DNA from: Eledone cirrhosa
Taxonomy: Eukaryota
Assembly: GCA_964016885.1 (NCBI GenBank)
Contig: OZ024747.1
Span: 1,550,001 to 1,614,000 of the forward strand
DNA length: 64,000 bases
Direction of reading: 5' to 3'
Shown here: positions 54,096 to 64,000 of the stretch, piece after piece
Position numbering within the stretch: position 1 is the first letter of the stretch
Layout: each line of letters begins with the position of its first letter
Notes under the pieces: model-generated
Told to the model about the DNA's origin: nothing
The model's input: the letters and a program-made list of their open reading frames with translations, nothing else
The model's database searches: none
Position numbers and translations under genes: made by a program

Positions 54096-54193
54096 GTTGG
54101 GTATGGACACAAAATACTGTACCACATGACAATTGGGTGATTGAGGTGACCTTTCGGGTCACAGGTCGTGGAAGAGTTGGAGCAGATGGTTTG
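54096..54193 (+). CDS. LMAN1: LMAN1 exon 3 (WVWTQNTVPHDNWVIEVTFRVTGRGRVGADGL)
   Basis: Acceptor ttttgtAG, donor TTG|GTAAGT. Contains the GADG sugar-binding motif. Confidence 0.95.
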
Positions 54194-54197
54194 GTAA

Positions 54198-54234
<37 letters not shown>

Positions 54235-54393
54235 CTCTCTCTTGCTTTGTCTCTTCTGTACTACACTGAAGAAACTTTACTCACACACACACACTCACAC
54301 ACATTCACACACACTCACATACTCACACATACACACGCAGAGCTTACTGATGTGACAAACCTATCATTTTGTTTTCTCTCTATCCAATGTTAG

Positions 54394-54501
54394 GCCATCT
54401 GGTACACACTTGATAAAGCAGTCGAAGGTCCTGTTTTTGGCAACCAGGACAAATGGAATGGAATGGGTCTTTTTTTTGACTCCTTTGACAATGATGGACA
54501 G
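54394..54501 (+). CDS. LMAN1: LMAN1 exon 4 (AIWYTLDKAVEGPVFGNQDKWNGMGLFFDSFDNDGQ)
   Basis: Acceptor tgttAG, donor CAG|GTAAGT. Contains the FDSFDNDG Ca2+/mannose motif. Confidence 0.95.
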
Positions 54502-54606
54502 GTAAGTTGTTTTTTTACTGCCCACCTTCAGCTTTTGTCTTCCCCAATACAGATGTTGTTCTTGCTATGAATTCTCTTCTAACTTCCAGTATCATATCAT
54601 CATCAT

Positions 54607-54648
<42 letters not shown>

Positions 54649-55640
54649 TCATCATCGTTTAACGTCCATCTTCCACGCTAGCATGGGTTAGATGGTTTTG
54701 TTCCATTTGATGCAGGAATGGTCGGGAGACCATGTCTCGCTCACACGGAAGGTCATATATATATATATGACCTGTCATGTCTCATAATGTGATAGCCTGT
54801 CTAACCCATGCAGGCTTGGAAGATAGATGTTAAACAATGATGATATACATATATATATTTATCACAACACTGCATCCTTAAAATATTCTATGTTAGTATT
54901 TTCATTTTCCTTTCTTCAGAAGGAACAAAGTTATCTTCTGAACAGAGAAATCTGGCAGTACATTCTTCTAATGGATTGAACTTGGCTAAAGGCACCCAAC
55001 AGTCAGATATTGATAATAAACTAGGCTAATAATCTACCAATTCATGAATAGAAATAGTTCTTCTGATGATTTCTACACAGTTTCAATCTCACATATTGGT
55101 TGATTCAAGGCTATGTATGGTAACTTTGATAACTTGGGGGGTAGGTTTCAGCCAGTATTGGCCCAGGTCATGTCTAACTTAATAGCACCACCTGACAGAA
55201 GACAGTTCTTTTAGCTATACCATGGTTTTTTAGATGTCTGAAAGTCCTTCCAATTGCCAATTAAATCTATTTCTACCATGGAATGAAGTTTGGTACAGTA
55301 TGGAATATATTTCATATAGTTCTGGGTTTTATCACTCTTAATAGTCTATTTACTACCTAGATTAGTGTTTATTAGAATTAGTGGGACCATGGATGTCTGA
55401 AAATACCAGCAATCCTGAGTCACAATCTTAACTTGAATGATGCTAAGAAGACCCAAAGTTTTTCAAACACACAACAATGCCATCATTTCAAAATTCTTGT
55501 TCTAGAAAACATTCAATATGGATTAAATCTTAAGAATCTTTGAAAGTCGTAAGAAAAACATAATATTGGCGATGTTTCTATAGATAATTCTATTTGTTTG
55601 GTTTTTTAATCATTCTTTACCCTTTCTTCTTTTTTATCAG

Positions 55641-55702
55641 CGAAATAATCCATATATTCTTGTGATGCAAAACAATGGCACTCGGGAGTATGACCACATG
55701 AA
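55641..55702 (+). CDS. LMAN1: LMAN1 exon 5 (RNNPYILVMQNNGTREYDHM)
   Basis: Acceptor ttttttatcAG, donor AA|GTAAGT, phase 2. NNP and YDH motifs. Confidence 0.93.
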
Positions 55703-55737
55703 GTAAGTCTCAACTGATTCTCTCTTGTGCATGTGTA

Positions 55738-55803
<66 letters not shown>

Positions 55804-57147
55804 TATGAAACGAAAGGAGCTGTGTGGTTACTAAAAACAAGGTTTAGGGTGGTGGTTAGGACGGAACAGGAGGAGAAAGGAAGAAAGGAGTTTCCATCGT
55901 CAGCTGTAAATGTTTCCCGAACCGATGTTTCGACGCTGAACTACAGGACATCGGTGTAGTTCGGGTGCACCCGAGGCCTTTTATTAATCAAAAGGCCAGG
56001 TGGAAAAGGAGAGAGAAAGAGAGAAAAGGAAAAAGAGGGAAATGAGGAAGAACAGGGAAAAGATGAGGAGAGAGGAAAATAGGAAAGGAATAGAAGAAAA
56101 AAAAGTGTACAGATCCCATCGTGGGAAGACACAGGTGAAAGAAACATGCAAAACAGTAATTGTGGAAAAATAGGGAAAGTAAGTTGTGGCCAGCCTGGGA
56201 GACTTTAGCCTGGTGGTCAGCTACGACTCAGCTGGTATAACTGTGCTGCCTCTCACATAGACAGGAGAATGTGAGAGAGAGAGAGACACGGGCAACCAAA
56301 AGTGAGAAGGGAAAGGGAGATAATCCAGAAGGGTTTTTTTATGACTGTGGTAAAAACGTGCCGCAAAGATTGGGGACAGAGAGGCCACCTCGGCACGTGT
56401 AAGCATGTCAACAATTAAAACCGAATGGAGAGAGAGGGAGAGAGAAAAAAACGAGAGTGAGGAGGAGAAGGGAAGAGAGAAGGGAGGGTCGATGCGAAAG
56501 TGTGGCGGGTACACAGATCGACCAAAGCACTATATATATATATAGTGTGTGTGTATATATACATGAAAATATATCCGACCTTAAGGTGGGACTGAAAATT
56601 ACACAAATGGTGGGGTTCAATTGGTAATCCTCTTCAAAATAGTCTCCTTGTGCCTCCACTTACTCAGCCCAGGATTCTGCCACTGTAGCATGTCTGGAAT
56701 GCTTCTCCCAGAAAGGCTCTCAGTTCTGCTGTGACTGTCTGCATATGTTCTTGGCTGAAAGTGGGGACATTCCAGCAGCAATATCAGTAAATCAGAAGTA
56801 GTTATGTCTGGAGGAGAATGCAGAATTTCTTTGCCAAGAAACCTTGGATCAGCTGTGACAAAAGAGATGGGCATTGCCAGTTTTGTAAGGCCCTAAGATC
56901 TGGTCTCTTGTGTGTAATGAGGGGGTAGTGGAGGAGGGGGTAATAGATAGCAATAAAAAAGGATGAGGGATTAAATACAGAGATCCCAAGAGATGTCATC
57001 CCTTGTATGACAGGTTCAGGTAGGGGGACAGTAATAGGAGGGGGGATGATTGATAGCTAAGAGAGTAAAGAAGTGAAGTGTTGAGCAGAATATTGAGATT
57101 TAATGTGGATATAAGGGTCATTAAAGACCCGTGCCTTCATGGAAGAC

Positions 57148-57863
57148 AGCCGCGATTTGCGTTGGACGAAGCACGTCTCTAAAATTGTCAAGAGGGCTGA
57201 GGGTGTCTTAGCATCACTCAGCAAGACCTTTGTCAGCCGCTCTCCAGCTATCTATTTAAGGCTGTACATGGCTATGGTGCGGCCACACTTAGAATTTGCA
57301 TCATCAGTCTGGAACCCCTATCCTGCTCAGAACATTGACCGCCTGGAAACTGTTCAGAGACGTGCAACCAAGCGAATACCCTCCATCAGGCATCTACCAT
57401 ACTTTGAACGCCTTGCTTCCCTGGGCATGGATACATTGAAGCTCCGATGCCTGGCAACTGACTTGGTAAACACCCACAAAATTGTTAACCATCTTGCCAA
57501 CAACAACCCTGAGTACCTTTTTGATTTCCATGTGTCTAACACACATGGACATGACCACAAAGTCAGAAAACAGCACAGTTCCCATGACTTTCGGAAACAT
57601 TTTTTCACGCTCAGAGTTGCTGAAGCATGGATCAAACTACCTGCATCAGTTGTTAGCTGTCGAGACACTGCATCCTTTAAAACCTCCATGCTTCCTGAGA
57701 TTCGCCAACACTACACCTAATATTGCCCCTCCACATGTATATCATGACTCATACACTATTCACTTCCCTGACATTTGTATATTATTCTATGTACTATACA
57801 TACACCTTTGACGAGTTGTAGTGCACCTGAGAACTTTACACAATAATTTCATTATTATTATTA
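57148..57863 (+). mobile_element. CR1-clade LINE, 5'-truncated (ORF2 C-terminus, 3' UTR, (ATT)n tail)
   Basis: ORF reads LYMAMVRPHLEFASSVWNPY...IDRLETVQRRATKRIP...ERLASLG...FRKHFFTLRVAEAWIKLP and the element ends in attattatta. Confidence 0.9.
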
Positions 57864-58052
57864 TCGGTGGTTATTGGAATATATATCATCATTGTTTTTA
57901 TAATAAGGATAATAATTTTCTACTTTTGGCACAAGGCCAGCAATTACCCAGTGCATTACTGGTACTTTATTTTATCGACCCCCACCACCACCACCGTCAT
58001 TACCATCGTCATTTCTAACGGTAGTGTACATTAATGACTCTCTCTCTCTTAG

Positions 58053-58238
58053 GGCGGTGGATTGGCAGTATCGGTAGAGTGTTGGACGCCATGCTTTTCA
58101 GCATAGTTACGTCTCTTTACAGTCTGAGTTCAAATCCCGCTGATGTTAGCTTTGCCTTTCATCCTTACGGGGTCGATAAAATAAAGTACCAGTAATACAC
58201 TGGGATAATTGCTGGCCTTGTACCAAAAGTAGAAACAC
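58053..58238 (+). mobile_element. SINE family A copy with 19-bp target-site duplication
   Basis: Full copy flanked by TTAATGACTCTCTCTCTCT at 58031-58049 and 58239-58257. Confidence 0.88.
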
Positions 58239-58265
58239 TTAATGACTCTCTCTCTCTCATCACAG

Positions 58266-58365
58266 TGATGGACATGACCAGCAGCTGGGTGGCTGTCTCA
58301 GAGATTTCCGTAACAAACCTTTCCCACTTAAAGCCAGATTGGAGTATTATAAAAACTCTCTCACA
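58266..58365 (+). CDS. LMAN1: LMAN1 exon 6 (DGHDQQLGGCLRDFRNKPFPLKARLEYYKNSLT)
   Basis: Acceptor catcacAG, donor ACA|GTGAGT. CxRDFRNKP motif. Confidence 0.95.
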
Positions 58366-59470
58366 GTGAGTATTTCACAGTCCTTAACTGCGTGTGTATG
58401 TGGCAACTGTGAATCTATGTCTATCCATATATGTGTGTGTGTTTACCAATAATCACATATATGTATATATCCGCCTCTCCATATATATATATGTGTGTAG
58501 ATGACTGTCTGGTGTGTGTACACTATTATACTTAGTAACATACTAATACCTACAAACTAGGTATATGTTTAACATGTAAATGTATTTGGCTGAAAACCAG
58601 GTATATATTGTATGAGAAATAAACTCATCAGTGATTGTCGGTCTTTCAAACTATGAAATGTGACAACAGCAAGGGAAGTAACTCAGGTTAGCATCCTATT
58701 TGATCCAAGGAAAATGAATTATCAATGACTAGTAAAATTATGAATTGTACTGTGTAGACATAGATAGATAGACATATACGACCTGCTAGTAATAGCAGCC
58801 AAATATTCCACCTTTAACCCACTCCATATCTTGGAAGGACACATTTATTGAATGTAGTCTTAGATACACTACACCTGAAAGAAAGACATGCTGGTCACGG
58901 TTTCTATACCTCAGATTAAAAGTTTTGCAGGATCCAAGTTAATATGGCGTATGAAGCAGTCTAAACACATTTGTAAATATTTTGGTAAAACTAAAGCAAC
59001 TGCTGACGTGGCTGTGTAGTTAAGAGGTATATATCATAACTACATGTACAGCACTATCAACACTTAGATTCATCATGTCTTGTAAGGTAAATTTTGTTGA
59101 AGGTAACTGTGCAAAAGCCTGTCATCATCATCATCGTTTCACGTCCATTTTCCCAGCTAGCATGGGTTAGACGGGTTTTCCCATTAGAGGCAAGTTGGGT
59201 CAGGTGACTGTCTTGCTCATACAGCTGTTTCTGGCTTGGTTTCTATTACTCGATGCCCTTCCCAACACCAACCACATTTACAGTGTGTACTGGGTGCATA
59301 TATATATCTCGTATGGACGTAAAATGGCAAAGATGATGATATATGTATGTGTGTATATTTGTCATTGTTGTGTGCATATATATATGTATAATATATGTGG
59401 GTACAATGTGCCTGTGTGTGAAATCATCATCATTATTATTATTGTTATTATTGTTTCCTTTATCAAACAG

Positions 59471-59594
59471 GTGTTCATTCATAATGGAATGTCCAGTAAC
59501 CAGAATGAATATGAACTGTGTTTGCGTGCTGAGGGTATACACTTACCCAAGAATGGATACTTTGGGGTGACAGCTGCTACAGGAGGACTGGCAG
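59471..59594 (+). CDS. LMAN1: LMAN1 exon 7 (VFIHNGMSSNQNEYELCLRAEGIHLPKNGYFGVTAATGGLA)
   Basis: Acceptor atcaaacAG, donor G|GTAATG. GYFGxxAATGGLA motif. Confidence 0.95.
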
Positions 59595-59642
59595 GTAATG
59601 TCACTCTCTAAACTGATATCTTATCTGTAAATGTGTTTCTTT

Positions 59643-59968
59643 CATCATCATCATTTTACGTCCACTTTTCCCTGCTTGCAAGGGTGGGACGGGAACTGAT
59701 TCTGGCTTGATTTCTACAGCTGGATGCCCTTCCTAACACCAACCTCATTTACAGTGAGTGCTGGGTGTTTTTTTGCCGTGGCACCTACACGACCACTTTG
59801 CAGTGGAATGATAGGGACCCCAGTCCCTATCATCTCATTTCTACAGTTGAGTAAACTGGAGCAATGTGAAATAAAGTGTCTTGCTCAAGGAAACAACACA
59901 TCACCTGGTCTGAGAATTGAACTCACAACCTTTCAACTGCAAGGCCAATGCTCTAACCACTAAGCCGT
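59643..59968 (-). mobile_element. SINE family B, full-length composite copy ending in a (GAT)n tail
   Basis: Reverse complement of the 11943 head plus the 38128-38400 body and tail. Confidence 0.82.
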
Positions 59969-60470
59969 GTGTGTTTATATATACAGAACTGACCAAGCCA
60001 AAATCAGTTCTGTATGAGCAAGACATGGTCACCTGACCTGGCCCCACACAACAGGACAACCTGTCTAACCCATGCTAGTGTGGAAGAATGGACGTAAAAC
60101 GGTGATGATGATAATATATATATAGAGAGAGTCTTCGGTGTTGAGACCGAAGAGACCACAAATTATAGGATACATGAGAGATAGGTATAATCCTGACCAT
60201 GGGACCACAAGGTTTTGGTTTGGTGCCACGATTGGAATTATACCACTCACTCACTCACTCACTCACTCACCCACCCACCCACACACCCACCCACTCACTC
60301 ACCCACCCACCCACCCACTCACTCACTCACTCACTCACTCACTCACTCACCCACCCACTCACCCACCCACCCACTCACTCACTCACCCACCCACCCACCC
60401 ACCCACCCACCCACTCACGTGTGTGTTCAGATTAGTATCCATGTCTGCCTGGTTCTGTGTCATATATTTT

Positions 60471-61882
60471 ATATTGGTATATGTATACGTTAGTATAGGT
60501 GTGTGTGTATTGGTATATGTATACGTTAGTATAGATGTGTGTGTATTGGTATATGTATACGTTAGTATAGATGTGTGTGTATTGGTATATGTATACGTTA
60601 GTATAGGTGTGTGTGTATTGGTATATGTATACGTTAGTATAGATGTGTGTGTATTGGTATATGTATACGTTAGTATAGGTGTGTGTGTATTGGTATATGT
60701 ATACGTTAGTATAGATGTGTGTGTATTGGTATATGTATATGTTAGTATAGGTGTGTGTGTATTGGTATATGTATACGTTAGTATAGGTGTGTGTGTATTG
60801 GTATATGTATACGTTAGTATAGATGTGTGTGTATTGGTATATGTATACGTTAGTATAGGTGTGTGTGTATTGGTATATGTATACGTTAGTATAGATGTGT
60901 GTGTATTGGTATATGTATACGTTAGTATAGGTGTGTGTGTATTGGTATATGTATACGTTACTATAGATGTGTGTGTATTGGTATATGTATACGTTAGTAT
61001 AGGTGTGTGTGTATTGGTATATGTATACGTTAGTATAGATGTGTGTGTATTGGTATATGTATACGTTAGTATAGGTGTGTGTGTATTGGTATATGTATAC
61101 GTTAGTATAGATGTGTGTGTATTGGTATATGTATACGTTAGTATAGATGTGTGTGTATTGGTATATGTATACGTTAGTATAGGTGTGTGTGTATTGGTAT
61201 ATGTATACGTTAGTATAGGTGTGTGTGTATTGGTATATGTATATGTTAGTATAGGTGTGTGTGTATTGGTATATGTATACGTTAGTATAGGTGTGTGTGT
61301 ATTGGTATATGTATACGTTAGTATAGATGTGTGTGTATTGGTATATGTATACGTTAGTATAGATGTGTGTGTATTGGTATATGTATACGTTAGTATAGAT
61401 GTGTGTGTGTGTATTGGTATATGTATACGTTAGTATAGGTGTGTGTGTATTGGTATATGTATACGTTAGTATAGATGTGTGTGTATTGGTATATGTATAC
61501 GTTAGTATAGGTGTGTGTGTATTGGTATATGTATACGTTAGTATAGGTGTGTGTGTATTGGTATATGTATACGTTAGTATAGATGTGTGTGTATTGGTAT
61601 ATGTATACGTTAGTATAGGTGTGTGTGTATTGGTATATGTATACGTTAGTATAGGTGTGTGTGTATTGGTATATGTATACGTTAGTATAGATGTGTGTGT
61701 GTATTGGTATATGTATACGTTAGTATAGATGTGTGTGTATTGGTATATGTATACGTTAGTATAGATGTGTGTGTATTGGTATATGTATACGTTAGTATAG
61801 GTGTGTGTGTATTGGTATATGTATACGTTAGTATAGATGTGTGTGTATTGGTATATGTATACGTTAGTATAGGTGTGTGTGT
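60471..61882. repeat. 36-bp minisatellite, about 39 copies, two alternating variants
   Basis: Unit GTATTGGTATATGTATACGTTAGTATAG(G/A)TGTGTGT. Confidence 0.97.
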
Positions 61883-61968
61883 GGGTCAGTCATTAAGAAA
61901 TGCTCTGTTAACGACTGACAACACTGATTTCCAGTGATTAATGAAAGTTTATTTAATAATTTCCTCAG

Positions 61969-62024
61969 ATGATCACGATGTGTTGGCATTCTTGACCCAT
62001 TCCATGCATGCCCCAGCTGACCAG
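61969..62024 (+). CDS. LMAN1: LMAN1 exon 8 (DDHDVLAFLTHSMHAPADQ)
   Basis: Acceptor ttcctcAG, donor CAG|GTATGT. DDHDV motif ends the lectin domain. Confidence 0.93.
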
Positions 62025-62105
62025 GTATGTGCTTCTTTTGTCAAAACCATTTAATCTTAGTTTCTTCCAAATTACAAACCTTTTTAGTTGCTTCTTACTA
62101 TATGC

Positions 62106-62429
62106 AGGGGTACAAGTGTAGGTACACTGCAGAATGTCAGGGGTACAAGTGTAGGTACACTGCAGAATGTCAGGGGTACAAGTGTAGGTACACTGCAGAA
62201 TGTCAGGGGTACAAGTGTAGGTACACTGCAGAATGTCAGGGGTACAAGTGTAGGTACACTGCAGAATGTCAGGGGTACAAGTGTAGGTACACTGCAGAAT
62301 GTCAGGGGTACAAGTGTAGGTACACTGCAGAATGTCAGGGGTACAAGTGTAGGTACACTGCAGAATGTCAGGGGTACAAGTGTAGGTACACTGCAGAATG
62401 TCAGGGGTACAAGTGTAGGTACACTGCAG
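62106..62429. repeat. 33-bp perfect minisatellite, about 10 copies
   Basis: Unit CAGGGGTACAAGTGTAGGTACACTGCAGAATGT. Confidence 0.97.
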
Positions 62430-62568
62430 GGCTATCACTATCATCATCATCACCGTTTAACATCATTTCTTCCACGTTGGCGTTGTCTATGTGAATTAAA
62501 CAAATGAGAAGAATGAACCTCAAGTTTGGAATATTTACCACTAATTGCCTCACACACATACTTGAAAA

Positions 62569-62891
62569 GTGGTAGTGCTGGGGCCTTGAAGAAGGCTCCC
62601 AGTCTGCCTCTCAACTACACAGGTGGTAGTGCTGGGGCCTTGAAGAAGGCTCCTAGTCTGCCTCTCAACTACATAGGTGGTAGTGCTGTGGCCTTGAAGA
62701 AGGCTCCCAGTCTGCCTCTCAACTACACAGGTGGTAGTGCTGGGGCCTTGAAGAAGGCTCCTAGTCTGCCTCTCAACTACACAGGTGGTAGTGCTGGGGC
62801 CTTGAAGAAGGCTCCTAGTCTGCCTCTCAACTACACAGGTGGTAGTGCTGGGGCCTTGAAGAAGGCTCCCAGTCTGCCTCTCAACTACACA
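62569..62891. repeat. 54-bp minisatellite x6
   Basis: Unit GGTGGTAGTGCTGGGGCCTTGAAGAAGGCTCC(C/T)AGTCTGCCTCTCAACTACACA. Confidence 0.96.
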
Positions 62892-63065
62892 GCCAATACA
62901 CTGAAATGGTGCACAAAAAATTTCACACTGTAAAACGGTTGGCATTAGGAAGGGCATCCAGCTCTAATTAACGAAGCCAAAAAGTAGAATGTATGAGCAA
63001 GATGTGACCTCTTGACCTGTCTAGCCTCAAAACAGTCTAACTCATGGAAGCATGGAAAATAGATG

Positions 63066-63292
63066 TTAAATAGTGATGATAAATGTTTCTACTTTTGGCA
63101 CAAGGCCAGCAATTACACCAGTGCATTACTGGTACTTTATTTTATCGACCCCGTAAGGATGAAAGGCAAAGTTAACCTTGGCGGGATTAACTTTGCTTTT
63201 CATCCTTACGGGGTCGATAAAATAAAGTACCAGTAATGTACTGGGGGATTGCTGGCCTTGTGCCAAAAGTAGAAACAATTATCACTATTTAA
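63066..63292. repeat. Long palindrome made of two inverted SINE-A 3' halves
   Basis: Arms of about 105-110 bp with few mismatches around an 11-nt loop, ccttggcggga. Confidence 0.92.
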
Positions 63293-63563
63293 ATAGTGAT
63301 GATAATGATGGTAATAAATCATGATAAAATGCACCCAGTACACCCTGTAAAGTGGTTGGCATTAGAAAAGGCATCCAGCCATAGAAATTAGGCTAATAAT
63401 GGAAGATATGAGCAAGCAGTGTTCTCCAATCTTTGACAACTCATCCAAGCATGAACAATGGATGTATGATGATGATGTGTGTGTTTGCTAATGTTGCCAT
63501 TTTGTTGTAAAATAAAACAATAGAGAGGTTATTTTGTGTAATTTGTGTATTGTCTACTTTCAG

Positions 63564-63661
63564 ATGGACATGGGGGCGTCAAAGGTGTCAGACGATGAGA
63601 AGAAGAAACTTGATGAAGAATTCAAAGAGTATTACAAAAAACTTGAACAGGCTAAAGAAGA
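63564..63661 (+). CDS. LMAN1: LMAN1 exon 9 (stalk/coiled coil: MDMGASKVSDDEKKKLDEEFKEYYKKLEQAKE); gene continues beyond the window
   Basis: Acceptor ctactttcAG, donor GA|GTGAGT. The charged helical stalk indicates ERGIC-53 rather than VIP36. Confidence 0.9.
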
Positions 63662-64000
63662 GTGAGTTTAGTGTTGTTGGTAGTGATATTAGTGGTGGTG
63701 TTGTTGTAGTGGTGGTGCTGTTGTAGTACTGCTGTTGTAGTAGTGGTGCTGTTGTAGTGGTGTTGTTGTTATGGTGGTGGTGTTGTTGTAGAGGTGGTGC
63801 TGTGGTGGTGGTGTTGTAGTGGTGGTAGTAGTGGCACTGCTGTTGTAGTGGTGGTGTTGTATGTAGAGGTGGTGCTGTTGTAGTGCTGCTGTTGTAGAGG
63901 TGGTGCTGTTGTAGTGGTGCTGTTGTAGTGGTCATGTTGTTGTAGTGGTACTGCTGCTGTTGTTGTAGTGGTGGTGCTGTTGTTGTAGAGGTGGTGCTGT

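Overview
AT-rich, repeat-dense eukaryotic (animal) genomic DNA. The SINE/RTE repertoire and heavy micro/minisatellite load suggest a coleoid cephalopod such as octopus (inference). Two intron-containing genes lie on the + strand. (1) A complete ankyrin-repeat + SOCS-box (ASB-type) gene has three core exons (19298-19528, 20296-20537, 21782-22277; 322 aa) and three candidate upstream phase-0 exons (4580-4723, 12877-12996, 16960-17028). (2) The first nine exons of LMAN1/ERGIC-53 span 34585-63661 and the gene continues past the window. The rest is mobile and repetitive DNA: a TIR-bounded DD37D (maT) Tc1/mariner copy, an internally deleted Merlin (IS1595-like) element just upstream of LMAN1, a decayed Tigger/pogo, hAT-type and TTAA (piggyBac-type) MITEs, CR1/L2 and RTE LINE fragments, several tRNA-derived SINE families and about 20 minisatellite arrays, some apparently seeded from SINE sequence. 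Most long ORFs in the supplied track are translations of simple repeats. No prokaryote-type system such as CRISPR or an operon is present. The most notable signals are the alternative N-terminal exons of the ASB gene, SINE-made fold-backs and a duplicated splice acceptor inside LMAN1, a 12x TGACGTG array upstream of LMAN1, and a hammerhead-like motif cluster.
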